64,000 nt of DNA from Macrostomum hystrix (Eukaryota > Animalia > Platyhelminthes). Positions within the stretch are counted from its first letter, which is position 1. Each line of letters begins with the position of its first letter. This document shows, in pieces, positions 24,760 through 38,482 of this stretch. Position numbers and translations under genes: made by a program. The DNA lies in NCBI GenBank assembly GCA_950097015.1, contig CATNEN010000038.1:31558001-31622000 (forward strand), read 5' to 3'. The notes below the pieces were generated by a model. It was not told where the DNA came from, did not search any database, and worked only from the letters and a program-made list of their open reading frames with translations.

Positions 24760-25413
24760 CTACGCCGATGACCTCGCCCTGCTGTCCTCGACCGTAGAGG
24801 ACGCCCAGCGCCAGCTGGATAAGCTGGTTAGCGCTGCAGCGAGCGTCGGCCTGTTGGTCAACACGAAGAAGACCGTTGTGCTCTGCGTGCCGGGCGACAT
24901 CGAGGCCGCAATTTTCTGCCGAAGCGCTGACGGGCAGGTAACGGAGCTTCCGCGCTGTCAACAGTTCGTCTACCTCGGCGGTCTGGTACCTGACGTCCGC
25001 GAAGATCTGCGGCGTCGCCGCCGGTACGCTTGGGCTGCCTTTCGTTCTGTGAGGGCGGTCCTGCAGTCCGAGGCCCTACCTGATCGCCAGAGGGCGGCGC
25101 TGTTCCAGGCGGTGGTCGAGACCGTCCTGTTGTACAACGCCAAGACGTGGACGCTGACTGATTCGCTAGAACAGCAAGTCAACGCGGCGCACGCTGGCCT
25201 GCTGCGTGCCGCCTTTAAGATCAGCGACGAGCGGATCACTAACGCGGCACTCTATCGTCGCGCCGGCCTGGCCCGTCCGAGTGAACTGCTGCGACTTCGG
25301 CGACTCCAGCTTGCAGGCCACATCATCCGCGCCGAGTCCTACTGCCGGCAGCCGGTGCAGGAGGTGCTGCTGCTAACGCTGCAGGCACCCTACCGGCGCG
25401 GCCAGGCCCGAAC

Positions 25414-25460
25414 CAAGGACTACTAAACAACACTAAACTACTGTTGTTTAGTAGTCCTTG
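25414..25460. mobile_element. 47-bp micro-MITE (duplicate)
   Basis: Copy of 9657-9703. Confidence 0.85.
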
Positions 25461-25726
25461 GCCCGAACTCGGCGTTTCGTCGACTGCCTGCTGGCCGATG
25501 CTGGCGCGCCGGACACTGCCGGCGGTGCGGCCTTTGTTCGCGCCCAGGCTCTGAAGCGTGCACTGTGACGCTGCCTTTTCCACCTGACAGCGTACTTTGT
25601 TGTTGTTGTTGTTGTTCACCCTCCACAGAGCTTTGTGAAAGCCGCCTTACAGCTCAGCGTGAAATATTCTTACCACAACTGCTAAATAGCAACTGCTAAG
25701 TTAGCAGTGTTTCATGAAATCGGCCC

Positions 25727-26257
25727 CAGGAGGGAGGACCCGGCGTCGGCGCGAGGAGGCCTTGGTGACCTTAAACGGCCTGCGCTCGCGGGACCCTCCA
25801 CACGTGCAGATCTGGACGGACGGAGCAGCCAAGGACGGCGGCGGGGGCTTCGTGATCCGGAGGCTGGCCCCCCCGGGGCTGTCATCTGCGGAGCGGTGCC
25901 GGCCGGACGGTGGAAGTGGTTCTACGTCAGCAGAAGCTGCGGCGGCAGCTTGGCTTGAGGTTGAGCCTGAACGACCGGGCCGACGCGCTCGCCAGACAGG
26001 GCAGCAGCCTTCCGCAGGACGAGGTCCGCGTACCCGCGGGGGTTATCTGGGCAGCAGTCCGACAGTATCTAGCCAGGAAGGCCAGGGAGACCTACACTAA
26101 GGAGGTCCCGGCGGAGCAACCGCACAGGCAGTGCAGTGGCTTGCCGCTCCCGCTCGAAAGGCTCGGGCAGCGGGTTACGGAGGTGGCCCTATTCCAGCTC
26201 CGGGTCAACCGGGCCCCCTTTCTCCAAGCCACGCAGCATCATTGGTGCCGGAAGGCG
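25727..26257 (+). mobile_element. I-group LINE RNase H fragment (duplicate)
   Basis: Copy of 9970-10500. Confidence 0.8.
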
Positions 26258-26701
26258 AGCTACATACACTTGTTGCTAGGCCTAGTCCTAAAAACTACAT
26301 TTTAGTATAATTATAATATATTATAGCAAAATGTATGTAATAATTATAATATTAATATCTTAGTTATTAAAATATTAATATTATAGCCTAGCTAGTAGAA
26401 ATATATGAAACATTGCTTAGACAAAAGTAGGCACTATGCTGAAGGAAAATGAAGCCTTATGTTATGTTAGCTGTACAAAGCCTTAGATTATTGATTGATT
26501 GTGTTTGCTATACATAATGGTTAAAAAAAGTTTTCCAGCACATTATTGGTAGGCTTAATCTAGCTACCTGCTTGATTTTTACCACTAGGTTTAGTAACTA
26601 TACTAGCATGTTTTGCCCCCCTTCGGGGAGCAGAAATATTTTTAATTCGTCTTGTATATACTTTTTAGCAGCTGTATTTTCAGCTTTTTTAAGCTACAAT
26701 T

Positions 26702-27582
26702 TTCCCCCAGTTGACAATGATCCCCCAGTTGACAATGTTCCCCCAGTTGACAATGATCCCCCCAGTTGACAATGATCCCCCAGTTGACAATGATCCCCCC
26801 AGTTGACAATGATCCCCCAGTTGACAATGATCCCCCAGTTGACAATGTTCCCCCAGTTGACAATGATCCCCCAGTTGACAATGATCCCCCCAGTTGACAA
26901 TTTCCCCCCCAGTTGACAATGATCCCCCCCTTGACAATGATTACCCAGTTGACAATCATTCCCCAGTTGACAATGATCCCCCAGTTGACAATGATCCCCC
27001 AGTTGACAATGATACCCCAGTTGACAATGATCCCCCAGTTGATGATGATCCCCAGTTGACAATGATCCCCCCAGTTCACAATGATCCCCCAGTTGGCCAT
27101 GATCCCCCAGTTGACAATGATCCCCCAGTTGACAATGATCCCCCAGTTTACAATGATCCCGCAGTTGACAATGATCCCCCATTTGACAATGATCCCCCAG
27201 TTGACAATGATCCCCAGTTGACAATGATCCCCCAGTTGATGATGATCCCCCAGTTGATGATGATCCCCAGTTTATGAAGATTCCCCCAGTTGACAATTAT
27301 CCCCCAGTTGACCATTACCCCCCAGTTGACAATGATCCCCCAGTTGATGATGATCCCCCAGTTGATGATGATCCCCAGTTTATGATGATTCCCCAGTTTA
27401 CAATTATCCCCCAGTTGACCATTACCCCCCAGTTGACAATGATCCCCCAGTTGACAATGATCCCACAGTTGACAATGATCCCCCAGTTGACAATTATCCC
27501 CCAGTTAACCAAAATCCTCCAGTTGACGATTATCCTCCAGTTTACCTTGATCCCCATTTTGATGATGACTCCCCAGTTGACG
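26702..27582. repeat. 18-bp minisatellite
   Basis: Copy of 10945-11825. Confidence 0.95.
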
Positions 27583-27591
27583 TTGATTTTT

Positions 27592-30500
27592 CAAACGCTG
27601 GGTTAGCCAAGATTCAAACTCAGGTTTCGCCATGTTTTAAACCCTGGTGGGCTATGATTCAAACTCTCGTTTTACCATGTTTCAAACTCTAATTTAGCCA
27701 TGACTCAAACTCTGGGTTAGCCATGATTCAGACGCTGTGATGATTTAAAGTCTGCTTTAGCCATGATTTAAACTCTGGTGTAGCCATGATTCAAACTCTG
27801 GTTTAGCCATGATTCAGACTCTGGTTTAGCCATGATTCAGACTCTGGTTTAGCCATGATTCAGACTCTGGTTTAGCCATGATTCAGACTCTGGTGTAGCC
27901 ATGATTCAGACTCTGGTTTAGCCATGATTTAAACTCTGGTTTAGCCATGATTCAAACTCTGGTTTAGCCACGATGCAAACTCTGGTTTAGCCATGATTCA
28001 AACTCTGGTTTAGCCATGATTCGGACTCTGGTTTAGCCATGATTCAGACTCTGGTTTAGCTATGATTCAGACTCTGGTTTAGCCATGATTTTAACTCTGG
28101 TTTAGCCATGATTTAAACTCTGGTTTAGCCATGATTCAGACTCTGGTTTAGCCATGATTCAGACTCTGGTTTAGCCATGGTTCAAACTCTTGTTTAGCCA
28201 TGATTCAAACTCTGGTTTAGCCATGATTCAGACGCTTGTTTAGCTATGATTCAAACTCTGGTGTAGCCATGATTTAGTCTCTGGTTTAGCCATGATTCAA
28301 ACCCTGGTGTAGCCATGATTTAGTCTCTGGTTTAGCCATGATTCAAACTCTGGTTTTGCCATGGTTGAAACTCTGGTTTAGCCATGATTCAAACTCTGGT
28401 TTAGCCATGATTCAAACTCTGGTTTAGCCATGATTCAGACGCTTGTTTAGCTATGATTCAAACTCTGGTGTAGCCATGATTTAGTCTCTGGTTTAGCCAT
28501 GATTCAAACCCTGGTGTAGCCATGATTTAGTCTCTGGTTTAGCCATGATTCAAACCCTGGTGTAGCCATGATTTAGTCTCTGGTTTAGCCATGATTCAGA
28601 CGCTTGTTTAGCCATGATTCAAACTCTGGTTTAGCCATGATTCAGACGCTTGTTTAGCCATGATTGAAACTCTGGTTTAGCCATGATTCAAACCCTGGTG
28701 TAGCCATGATTTAATCTCTGGTTTAGCCATGATTCAAACCCTGGAGTAGCCATGATTTAGTCTCTGGTTTAGCCATGATTCAGACGCTTGTTTAGCCATG
28801 ATTCAAACTCTGGTTTAGCCATGATTGAAACTCTGGTTTTGCCATGATTCAAACTCTGGTTTAGCCATGATTCAGACGCTTGTTTAGCCATGATTAAAAC
28901 TCTGGTTTTGCCATGATTCAAACCCTGGTGTAGCCATGATTTAGTCTCTGGTTTAGCCATGATTCAGACGCTTGTTTAGCCATGATTCAGACTCTGGTTT
29001 AGCCATGATTGAAACTCTGGTTTTGCCATGATTCAAACTCTGGTTTAGCCATGATTCAGACGCTTGTTTAGCCATGATTGAAACTCTGGTTTAGCCATGA
29101 TTCAAACCCTGGTGTAGCCATGATTTAATCTCTGGTTTAGCCATGATTCAAACCCTGGTGTAGCCATGATTTAGTCTCTGGTTTAGCCATGATTCAGACG
29201 CTTGTTTAGCCATGATTCAAACTCTGGTTTAGCCATGATTGAAACTCTGGTTTTGCCATGATTCAAACTCTGGTTTAGCCATGATTCAGACGCTTGTTTA
29301 GCCATGATTAAAACTCTGGTTTTGCCATGATTCAAAACCTGGTGTAGCCATGATTTAGTCTCTGGTTTAGCCATGATTCAGACGCTTGTTTAGCCATGAT
29401 TCAAACTCTGGTTTAGCCATGATTAAAACTCTGGTTTTGGCATGATTCAGACTCTGGTGTAGCCATGATTCAGACCCTGGTTCAGCCATGATTCAGACTC
29501 TGATTTAGCCATGATTCAAACTCTGGTTTAGCCATGATTCAGACACTTGTTTATCCATAATTCAAAATCTGGTTTAGCCATGATTGAAACTCTGGTTTTG
29601 CCATGATTCAGACGCTTGTTTAGCTATGATTCAAACTCTGGTTTAGCTATGATTCAAACCCTGGTGTAGCCATGATTTAGTCTCTGGTTTAGCCATGATT
29701 CAAACTCTGGTTTAGCCATGATTCAGACGCTGGTTTAGCCATGATTCAAACTCTGGTTTAGCCATGATTCAGACTCTGGTGTAGCCATGATTCAAACTCT
29801 GGTGTAGCCATGATTTAGTCTCTGGTTTAGCCATGATTCAAACCCTGGTGTAGCCATGATTTAGTCTCTGGTTTAGCCATGATTCAAACCCTGGTGTAGC
29901 CATGATTTAGTCTCTGGTTTAGCCATGATTCAAACTCTGGTTTTGCCATGATTGAAACTCTGGTTTAGCCATGATTCAAACCCTGGTGTAGCCATGATTT
30001 AGTCTCTGGTTTAGCCATGATTCAAATTCTGGTGTAGCCATGATTTAGTCTCTGGTTTAGCCATGATTCAGACGCTTGTTTAGCCATGATTTAATCTCTG
30101 GTTTAGCCATGATTCAAACCCTGGTGTAGCCATGATTTAATCTCTGGTTTAGCCATGATTCAAACCCTGGTGTAGCCATGATTTAGTCTCTGGTTTAGCC
30201 ATGATTCAGACGCCTGTTTAGCCATGATTCAAACTCTGGTTTAGCCATGATTGAAACTCTGGTTTTGCCATGATTCAAACTCTGGTTTAGCCATGATTCA
30301 GACGCTTGTTTAGCCATGATTAAAACTCTGGTTTTGCCATGATTCAAACCCTGGTGTAGCCATGATTTAGTCTCTGCTTTAGCCATGATTCAGACGCTTG
30401 TTTAGCCATGATTCAAACTCTGGTTTAGCCATGATTAAAACTCTGGTTTTGGCATGATTCAGACTCTGGTGTAGCCATGATTCAGACTCTGGTTTAGCCA

Positions 30501-31603
30501 TGATTCAGACTCTGGTTCAGCCATGATTCAGACTCTGATTTAGCCATGATTCAGACACTTGTTTATCCATAATTCAAAATCTGGTTTAGCCATGATTGAA
30601 ACCCTGGTGTAGCCATGATTTAGTCTCTGGTTTAGCCATGATTCAAACTCTGGTTTAGCCATGATTCAGACGCTGGTTTAGCCATGATTCAAACTCTGGT
30701 TTAGCTATGATTCAAACCCTGGTGTAGCCATGATTTAGTCTCTGGTTTAGCCATGATTCAAACTCTGGTTTAGCCATGATTCAGACGCTGGTTTAGCCAT
30801 GATTCAAACTCTGGTTTAGCCATGATTCAGACTCTGGTGTAGCCATGATTCAGACTCTGGTTTAGCCAGGATTCAGACTCTGGTTTAGCCATGATTCAAA
30901 CTCTGGTTTAGCCATGATTCAGACGCTGGTTTAGCCATGATTCAAACTCTGGTTTAGCTATGATTCAAACCCTGGTGTAGCCATGATTTAGTCTCTGGTT
31001 TAGCCATGATTCAAACTCTGGTTTAGCCATGATTCAGACGCTGGTTTAGCCATGATTCAAACTCTGGTTTAGCCATGATTCAGACTCTGGTGTAGCCATG
31101 ATTCAGACTCTGGTTTAGCCAGGATTCAGACTGTGGTTTAGCCAGGATTCAGACTCTGGTTTAGCCATGATTCAGACTCTGGTTCAGCCATGATTCAGAC
31201 TCTGATTTAGCCATGATTCAAACTCTGGTTTAGCCATGATTCAGACACTTGTTTATCCATAATTCAAAATCTGGTTTAGCCATGATTGAAACTCTGGTTT
31301 TGCCATGATTCAGACGCTTGTTTAGCTATGATTCAAACTCTGGTTTAGCTATGATTCAAACCCTGGTGTAGCCATGATTTAGTCTCTGGTTTAGCCATGA
31401 TTCAAACTCTGGTTTAGCCATGATTCAGACGCTGGTTTAGCCATGATTCAAACTCTGGTTTAGCCATGATTCAGACTCTGGTGTAGCCATGATTCAGACT
31501 CTGGTTTAGCCAGGATTCAGACTCTGGTTTAGCCAGGATTCAGACTCTGGTTTAGCCATGATTCAGACTCTGGTTTAGCCATGATTCAAACTCTGGTTTA
31601 GCC
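27592..31603. repeat. 23-bp minisatellite array (~4 kb)
   Basis: (GCCATGATTCAAACTCTGGTTTA)n with variant blocks. Confidence 0.95.
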
Positions 31604-31699
31604 GGTGTGCTATGATTTATGATATTTTATTTACGAAATGAAAAAAATAATATAAAATAGTCTTCAATCACTACTGGCTGAAAATTAGTCTAAATGATT

Positions 31700-31770
31700 T
31701 GACGCAGTGCAGAATCGAACCCTAGCCTAGCCTAACGTATTCCTAGTGCCTACACATCGGCTATTCCGAC
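31700..31770 (-). other. tRNA-derived (Pol III A/B box) segment inside Helitron A
   Basis: Minus: GTCGGAATAGCCGATGTGTAGG...GGGTTCGATTCTGCAC; A-box-like and B-box motifs, no intact cloverleaf. Confidence 0.5.
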
Positions 31771-32302
31771 TGTTGGTTAGTGGGTGCAGAAATCAGCCTT
31801 ATAAAATGAATTCTCAAAGTTCTGGCTTTGTACAATGAAGTAAGAAAATAGAGTACACTCAGTCTCGCGGTTGGTTGTGTACATTTATTTCCAATTTGTC
31901 TCCAGAGTGCAGGCTTCAAATTCAATCAGCGAGGGGGTGTTGCGCAATTTGACGATGCAATTCTAATTCAGCGGCAGTGAGTAATAAAATTCTCAATAGG
32001 CCAAGATGGTTTGACCTTTGAAAAATCATGTTTTTCGAATATTTAATCCCCTTAGCAATAAAGTTAAGCTTAATAAAAATACGTGTATAATTGTCCCCAT
32101 ATTTAGCATCTTTTGGTGAAGAAATGGTGAAAATTGGTTGAGCCGTTCGGGAGAAAATCAATTACAAGCAAGCAAGCAAGCAAGCAAGCATTTCATTTTT
32201 AGTATAGTGGACTAGCAAGTTTTGCCCCCCTTCGGGGAGCAGAAATATTTTTAATTCGTCTTGTATATACTTTTTAGCAGCTGAATTTACATCTTTTTAA
32301 AG

Positions 32303-33313
32303 CTACAATGATCCCCCAGTTGACAATGATCAACCAGTTGACAATGATCCCCCAGTTGACAATGATTCCCCAGTTGACAATGATCCCTAATTGATGATGA
32401 TCACCCAGTTGACAATGATCCCCCAGTTGACAAAGATCCCCTAGTTGACAATGAACCCCCAGTTGACAAGGATCCCCCAGTTGATGATGACTCCCCATTG
32501 ATGATGATCCCCAGTTGACAATGATCCCCCAGTTGACAATGATCCCCTCAGTTGACAATGATCCCCCAGTTGACAATCATCCCCCAGTTGACAATTATCC
32601 CCCAGTTGACAATGATCCCCCAGTTGACAATGATCCCACAGTTGACAATGATCCCACAGTTGACAATGATCCCACAGTTGACAATTAACCTCCAATTGAC
32701 AACGATCCCCCAGTTGACAATGATCCCCCAGTTGATGATGATCAACCAGTTGACAATGATCCCACAGTTGACAATGATCCCCCAGTTGACAATGATCCCC
32801 TAGTTCACAATGATCCCCCACATGATGATGATCCCCCAGTTGATGATGATCACCCAGTTGACAATGATCCCCCAGTTGACATTGATCCCCCAGTTTACAA
32901 TGATCCCACAGTTGACAATGAACCTCCAATTGACAACGATCCCCCAGTTGACAATGATCCCCCAGTTGATGATGATCACCCAGTTGACAATTATCTCCCA
33001 GTTGACTATGATCCCCCATTGATGATGATCCCCAGTTGACAATGTTACCCCAGTTGGCCATTACCCCCTAGTTGACAATGATCCCCCAGTTGATGATGAT
33101 CACCCAGTTGACAATGATCTCCCAGTTGACCATGATCCCCCATTTGATGATGACTCCCAAATGATGATGATCCGCATTTGACAATGATCCCCAGTTGACT
33201 CCCAAATGATGATGATCCGCATTTGACAATGATCCCCAGTTGACCATGATCCCCCATTTGATGATGATTCCCCAGTTTACAATTATCCCACAGTTGATGA
33301 TTATCCCCCAGTT
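32303..33313. repeat. 18-bp minisatellite
   Basis: Same unit as 10945-11825, more diverged. Confidence 0.95.
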
Positions 33314-33317
33314 TCGA

Positions 33318-33532
33318 TTTAGCTATGATTCAAACTCTGGTTTTGCCATGATTTAAAGTCTGATTTTGCCATGATTCAAACTCTGCTTTAGCCATGATTC
33401 AGACGCTGGTTGGCCATGATTCAAACGCTGGTTTAGCCATGATTCAAACTCTGGTTTAGCCATGATTCAGACGCTGGTTGGCCATGATTCAAACGCTGGT
33501 TTAGCCATGATTCAAACGCTGGTTTTGCCATG
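33318..33532. repeat. Short 23-bp minisatellite
   Basis: Same unit as 27592-31603. Confidence 0.9.
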
Positions 33533-33800
33533 AGAACTAATTCCCCCAGCAGCAGAGAACTAATTCCCCCCAGCAGCAGAGAACTAATTCCCCCCAGCAG
33601 CAGAGAACTAATTCCCACAGCAGCAGAGAACTAATTCCCCCAGCAGCAGAGAACTAATTCCCCCCTGCAGCAGAGAACTAATTCCCCTCAGCAGCAGAGA
33701 ACTAATTCCCCCCAGCAGCAGAGAACTAATTCCCCCAGCAGCAGAGAACTAATTCCCCTCAGCAGCAGAGAACTAATTCCCCCCAGCAGCAGAGAACTAA
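33533..33800. repeat. 24-bp minisatellite (CAGCAGCAGAGAACTAATTCCCCC)n
   Basis: About 11 tandem units. Confidence 0.95.
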
Positions 33801-35081
33801 TGTTCTCCAAACAGAAGAGAACCTCCATAATACCAGAATGGAGGCTACTTGCAGGCTACCAAACTCGCAGCAAGAAATGTTTGCCCTTTTCTTTGACAGG
33901 AAACCATTGCCCCCGAATAGCATAGAAACGATGTGTCCATCGTTTTACTCAGCCCAGAAGGCAACAAATATCTCCTGTTACATCTCCTGTTACATGTGGC
34001 ACGGTAGATACATTTAGAAAACTGTTAAACACATTTAGAAAATCGTTGGACACATTTAGAAAATCGTTGAGCACTTTAGAAAACGGTTTCGATCAGTGTT
34101 CGTCGAATAAAGTTTTATAATTATTATTATTAAATAAGCTTTTTTTTATCGAATAACGCTTAAAACAATGCTAAAAAAATTTGAAATAATTTACGCTCTT
34201 AGCTGCGCTCAATATTTTTTTCTTGCAGTTCTCAATTATGATATCGCCTGCAGCTATGCACAAAAATATTTCCTTAGTTTTATTATCGAATTCCCGATAC
34301 TCGAAAAAACTTATACTATTTTCTGAAAGCGAGTACAGGAATAATAAAGCTAACAAATATCTGCTTCGACAGTAGCTAACCAAAATCGCTTACTATTTAT
34401 ACTCGAACCAAAAATGCCCAAAAAGTACTAATAAATAGGAACTTACGTTTTTAACTGCTGATGTTTAGAAGATTAGAAGAAAAAGAAGCAGTAACAAAAC
34501 CGATGCTGAAATTCTACCTGCATTCTACAAAAGCATTAAAGTACTTTACTTCGGAGCTAGATGAAAAGAAAGCGGCACAATGATCGAAGTCGAGACAAGG
34601 TTTGACAATAGAAAGGCTGCAGTTTTATGGATAGAAAGGAGGAGGAGAGGTCTCGCTAGCATTGAGCATCATAAAAGCCCAATCATGAAATCTGCTATGT
34701 ACGTTTTGCGTATTCAAATCAAATCACTCGATCAGCCAAGAGACAAATTTATAAACGTACGTAGGGGTCGAAAAGCAGTGACGCAATCCTATTCAATTGA
34801 GAGTATCGGGCCCTGTTCTGTGCTATACCAATGCACGCGCGGGCGAGAAAAAGCACCGATGCAATCTAATAAAACTGACAGTGTCCGGCCCTATTCTAAT
34901 TTAACCTTGTTTGGCCTCCTATTAAAAGCAAAAGGAAAACTCGTATTTCGAATATTTAATATTTTTAGCATTGAAGCAGACTAACGAAATTTTCAAGGTC
35001 TCATGCCAGTAAAATTTGGCATGTTTAGCAAAAAACGCGATCAAATTTGGTTGAGGCATTTAGCCTGTGTATCGAAATTCC

Positions 35082-35115
<34 letters not shown>

Positions 35116-37666
35116 TTTAGAGATTTAGTATAGTTGGAAGTAGTTATATATAGCTGGGCTTAGAATTATACTTATGCAAACATAACATTGTATAGCATGT
35201 ATAGAGATAGTGTCAAAGAATAAAAATAATTAGACAACTGCTTGGAGCTTAGATAGTTCGAATAAGTTTATTCTTAGCTGAATAGCTGAGACAATGAGCA
35301 TTACACAAATTAAGTTATTAAATTATTAAATTAATTTTTAAAATTAAATTTTAAAATTATTAAAACATTTTTTTATTTAATTAAATTATCATTTTTTCTT
35401 ATTACTAATTAGGTAAATGATTTTTATATAATTATCAATTTCAGCGGCGTTGCATGAAGCCGTAAGAATAGAGAGTCACAGCAGAATGATCTACAATGTG
35501 CCGCTTCTCAGAGAATAATATTACGTCACGCGCAAATAGCAGCTTGGCTAAAAGAAAATTGGAAGTGCGTGACCAACTTAAAATTATACAACGAAGCTTT
35601 AGCTAGTTGAATTAAAACAATATTTTAGTAGTGGTGCCTTTAGAATAATTTGATGCTGCAAGATATTTATTTACTATCGGAATTTGTACAACCCCAAATT
35701 AGATACAGGAAGTAAGTCCGATTCGTATTATTCTTAGCATCACAAAATTCCGGATCAAATTCAGACAGCACACGTGAAGAAGATGTGAACAAAGGATTTT
35801 GTCTATAACTTTCAAACCATTTGATAAAAATGCTTAATTTTGCACAGGGTTGTATAAAAATATGTGCTTGAGGTGGTACAAATGTGGTACAGGCCGTATG
35901 TATTCTATTTTTGGAGAGAGAAGACCATTTGCTACCGGGAATCACTTCATTAAAACTTCAGACGATGATTTTTTGCTTATTAAAGCTCGCTCAGATCAAC
36001 TTTTGAGCTCAAAAGATGCGGATTTTGCTGAAATTTTTTAAATATAAAACGGTACAAGAATCTAGTCAGAAGCGAGGGCGCCAGTCATCAGCCCAATGCC
36101 AGCCGCACCGATTTTTTTAAATCCGGAAATTTGAAGGCTTCAAAAGTGACATATTTAGCAATATTATGATAATTTAACGTGTGGTACAATTAAATCTAGT
36201 CAAAATCTATTAGAAAAGACGGATTTTGCAAGTGGTACAAGTGATTTTAAAAAGTGATGCGGCTGGGTTGCGGCTAGAGACACCACACAATAAGCGTGTA
36301 TTTTTTAAACCCTTTATCCCGCTTTTTAGAGCGCCATTCAGCCATTCGGTCAAGGTTTTCACTGTTACTGTAAACGCAATTGAATCTACAGCCATAAACC
36401 TTAATGAATAGTGTTAGACTTGGGCGTGTTAACGTGCAGTTGTCTATATTGCCAGAAGTACAGACTTTTTATGTGGAAACTGAACTGCGCTGACTGGATT
36501 CATAAAATTTAAATTAAGAAGATTTACGTTATAGTATCGGTGATCATGTTTAGAATCCTGTTTACTAGTTATATAATCATTTGTACGACTGGAGCTTGAG
36601 TTACTGAACACTTAGTTCGATTCTTTTTTATTTAAATTTGCGCATTTTTTAATTGCGCTTATTGTTAAAACACAACTTGAGTATTGAATGTTGTGGAATT
36701 GTTATAAAAAATATTGAGCTACCTAAATACTATTACAAATTAAATAGCTGCAAGTGTTTTAATTATTGTTTTAATTACACTAAATAATTTTATTTTATAA
36801 GGAGTTCGTTTTCATAGAACGTCGAACATATAATGAGTACAGCTAGTAAGCAATTTTTCAAAAAGTTTCTTTTCTGTGCAAAAGCCAAGTGGACTTTCTG
36901 AATCTAAATTGGAATTCAAATCTTTATTTTTTGTTTTATGTTTTATTGGTATTTTGTTTATGCCATTCGTTTGGGTACTTAAATAAATTATAAGTGCTTT
37001 GATTTGTCTTGTAAAAACTACTACACAAACACATGACATGACGGATATCCGGATACATGGAGTTACAATGCAATGCTCCGCTAATGTATCCGGATTGTAC
37101 AATACTAATGTTGCTGCAATACACTTTTTGAAACGCTTAATAAAGGCTACCTAATTTTACTAATTTATTAACCATCTTGCACGATCAAGCTAATGATTGT
37201 ATCCAACCATAATTGTTAAGTTGTATTTTCTAGAAACGAGGTGCAACGTGGGTAGAGTTTCATTATAATATTTCTTCATTATAAGAGTTTAAAGATAGGT
37301 GCCAACAGGATGTGAGGAGGGGTGGGGAGGGGTGGTTCTGTTCTAACTTTGAAAATTTTTGTTTTATAGATGACAAAGTGTCCATAAGTCTAAGTCTCTT
37401 TGTCATCCACCCTCTAGGATATTGGACAGATCGTAATCTAGATGACGAAGTGTCCAGGTACCCCGTACCGTAATGTTATATGTTTTTTGTCTAAATTTTG
37501 GCACAGTTTGGCTACTAGTGTTGAAAATTAGGATGCGAAACTGGAAATCAGGGTGCCAATGGAATTGAGTGCAAAAAAGGCGAAGTTGCCCAAGCAATAT
37601 AACAAAACCTATAAATCTTAAAAAGTATTTCTATAGTCAATATAGCAATTTTTTCTTGTCAGTCAT

Positions 37667-37937
37667 CATACATGCGCAACACCCAGCCGAACCGGCGGGT
37701 GAAACGAGGGCCAAGCAAGGTAAGTCACAAAAACCAATCAACCAAGCTCAAAAAAATCAAAGGGGGGACCAAGGGACAAAAAAGGAAGGCGTGAAGAAAA
37801 GGAAAAAGGGGAGAGAAAAAGAGAGCAAATGAGAGCCAACTAAGTCGTAAATAGAGCAATGAAATGAACTAAGTCGCAAATGAGAGCAAAAACTAAGTCG
37901 CATGGCCGGCTAAGATTTGGGAGGTTGCGAATGTATG
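37667..37937 (+). mobile_element. hAT-type MITE copy 1
   Basis: TIR CATACATGCGCAAC / GTTGCGAATGTATG; 8-bp TSD TCAGTCAT. Confidence 0.9.
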
Positions 37938-38482
37938 TCAGTCATTAGTTATGCTCTCTGTACAAAAATGTGTGAACATTACCATTCTTTATTGACATTA
38001 GACTTGTTACATCATTGTTCATTTATTTTTTGCCACTTTGTCCTATCAGAATAAATGTTTAAAACCCATTGACACACGCTTTAGAATTAAGAAGGATTGA
38101 GAAAGTTGCACTTTAGCCTGGTGCCACCCCTTGATGAAGAATGTGTGCCATTTGTTCCACAATGACTAAAAATTTTTAGCTCTGTCTGCTGGCAGCTGGC
38201 TGCTCAATTCTTTTAAAGTAGCAGTTAAGTAGGAAAAGCACACACACAGGCATGAAGCATGCTGCACTTTATAAAATTCCAAAAAGTGCGCTAGACGCTA
38301 TATAGGGATTGTCAACTTTTTCCAATAGGGCCACTTTGTTAAAATGGTAGGCCCTAGTGCTATTTTGGCACTATAGCCATAGATAGTTGCAAATTTGGAG
38401 GGCCAAATAAAACATTTATGTGCTACAACACAAGCTTTTAATTTTATTGCTATAAATTTAAAACCCACTGGGTAATGTCTTT

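Larger units (their letters stand above)
22863..25614 (+). mobile_element. RTE retrotransposon (duplicate)
   Basis: Copy of 7106-9857. Confidence 0.9.
21699..25726. mobile_element. PIF/Harbinger element (duplicate)
   Basis: Copy of 5942-9969 with the same TIRs and CAG TSD. Confidence 0.9.
15758..29621. repeat. Copy 2 of the tandem duplication (full unit = 13865-29621)
   Basis: Same sequence as 1-13864 at offset 15757. Confidence 0.95.
26603..32208 (-). mobile_element. Non-autonomous Helitron A (~5.6 kb) filled with minisatellites
   Basis: Minus-strand 5' end ACTATACTAAAAATG followed by a (TGCT)n microsatellite; 3' hairpin + CTAG|T at 26603; no RepHel ORF. Confidence 0.75.
32212..35134 (-). 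mobile_element. Non-autonomous Helitron B (~2.9 kb), head-to-tail with Helitron A
   Basis: Same 3' hairpin + CTAG|T (32212) and 3' region as A; minus-strand 5' end ACTATACTAAATCTCTAAAG followed by (TCTG)n at 35083-35134. Confidence 0.7.

Noticed and set aside
34171-37832. Short ORFs in the AT-rich region, checked for Helitron RepHel remnants
   Set aside because: No HUH or Pif1 helicase motifs recognized; no coding-like composition.
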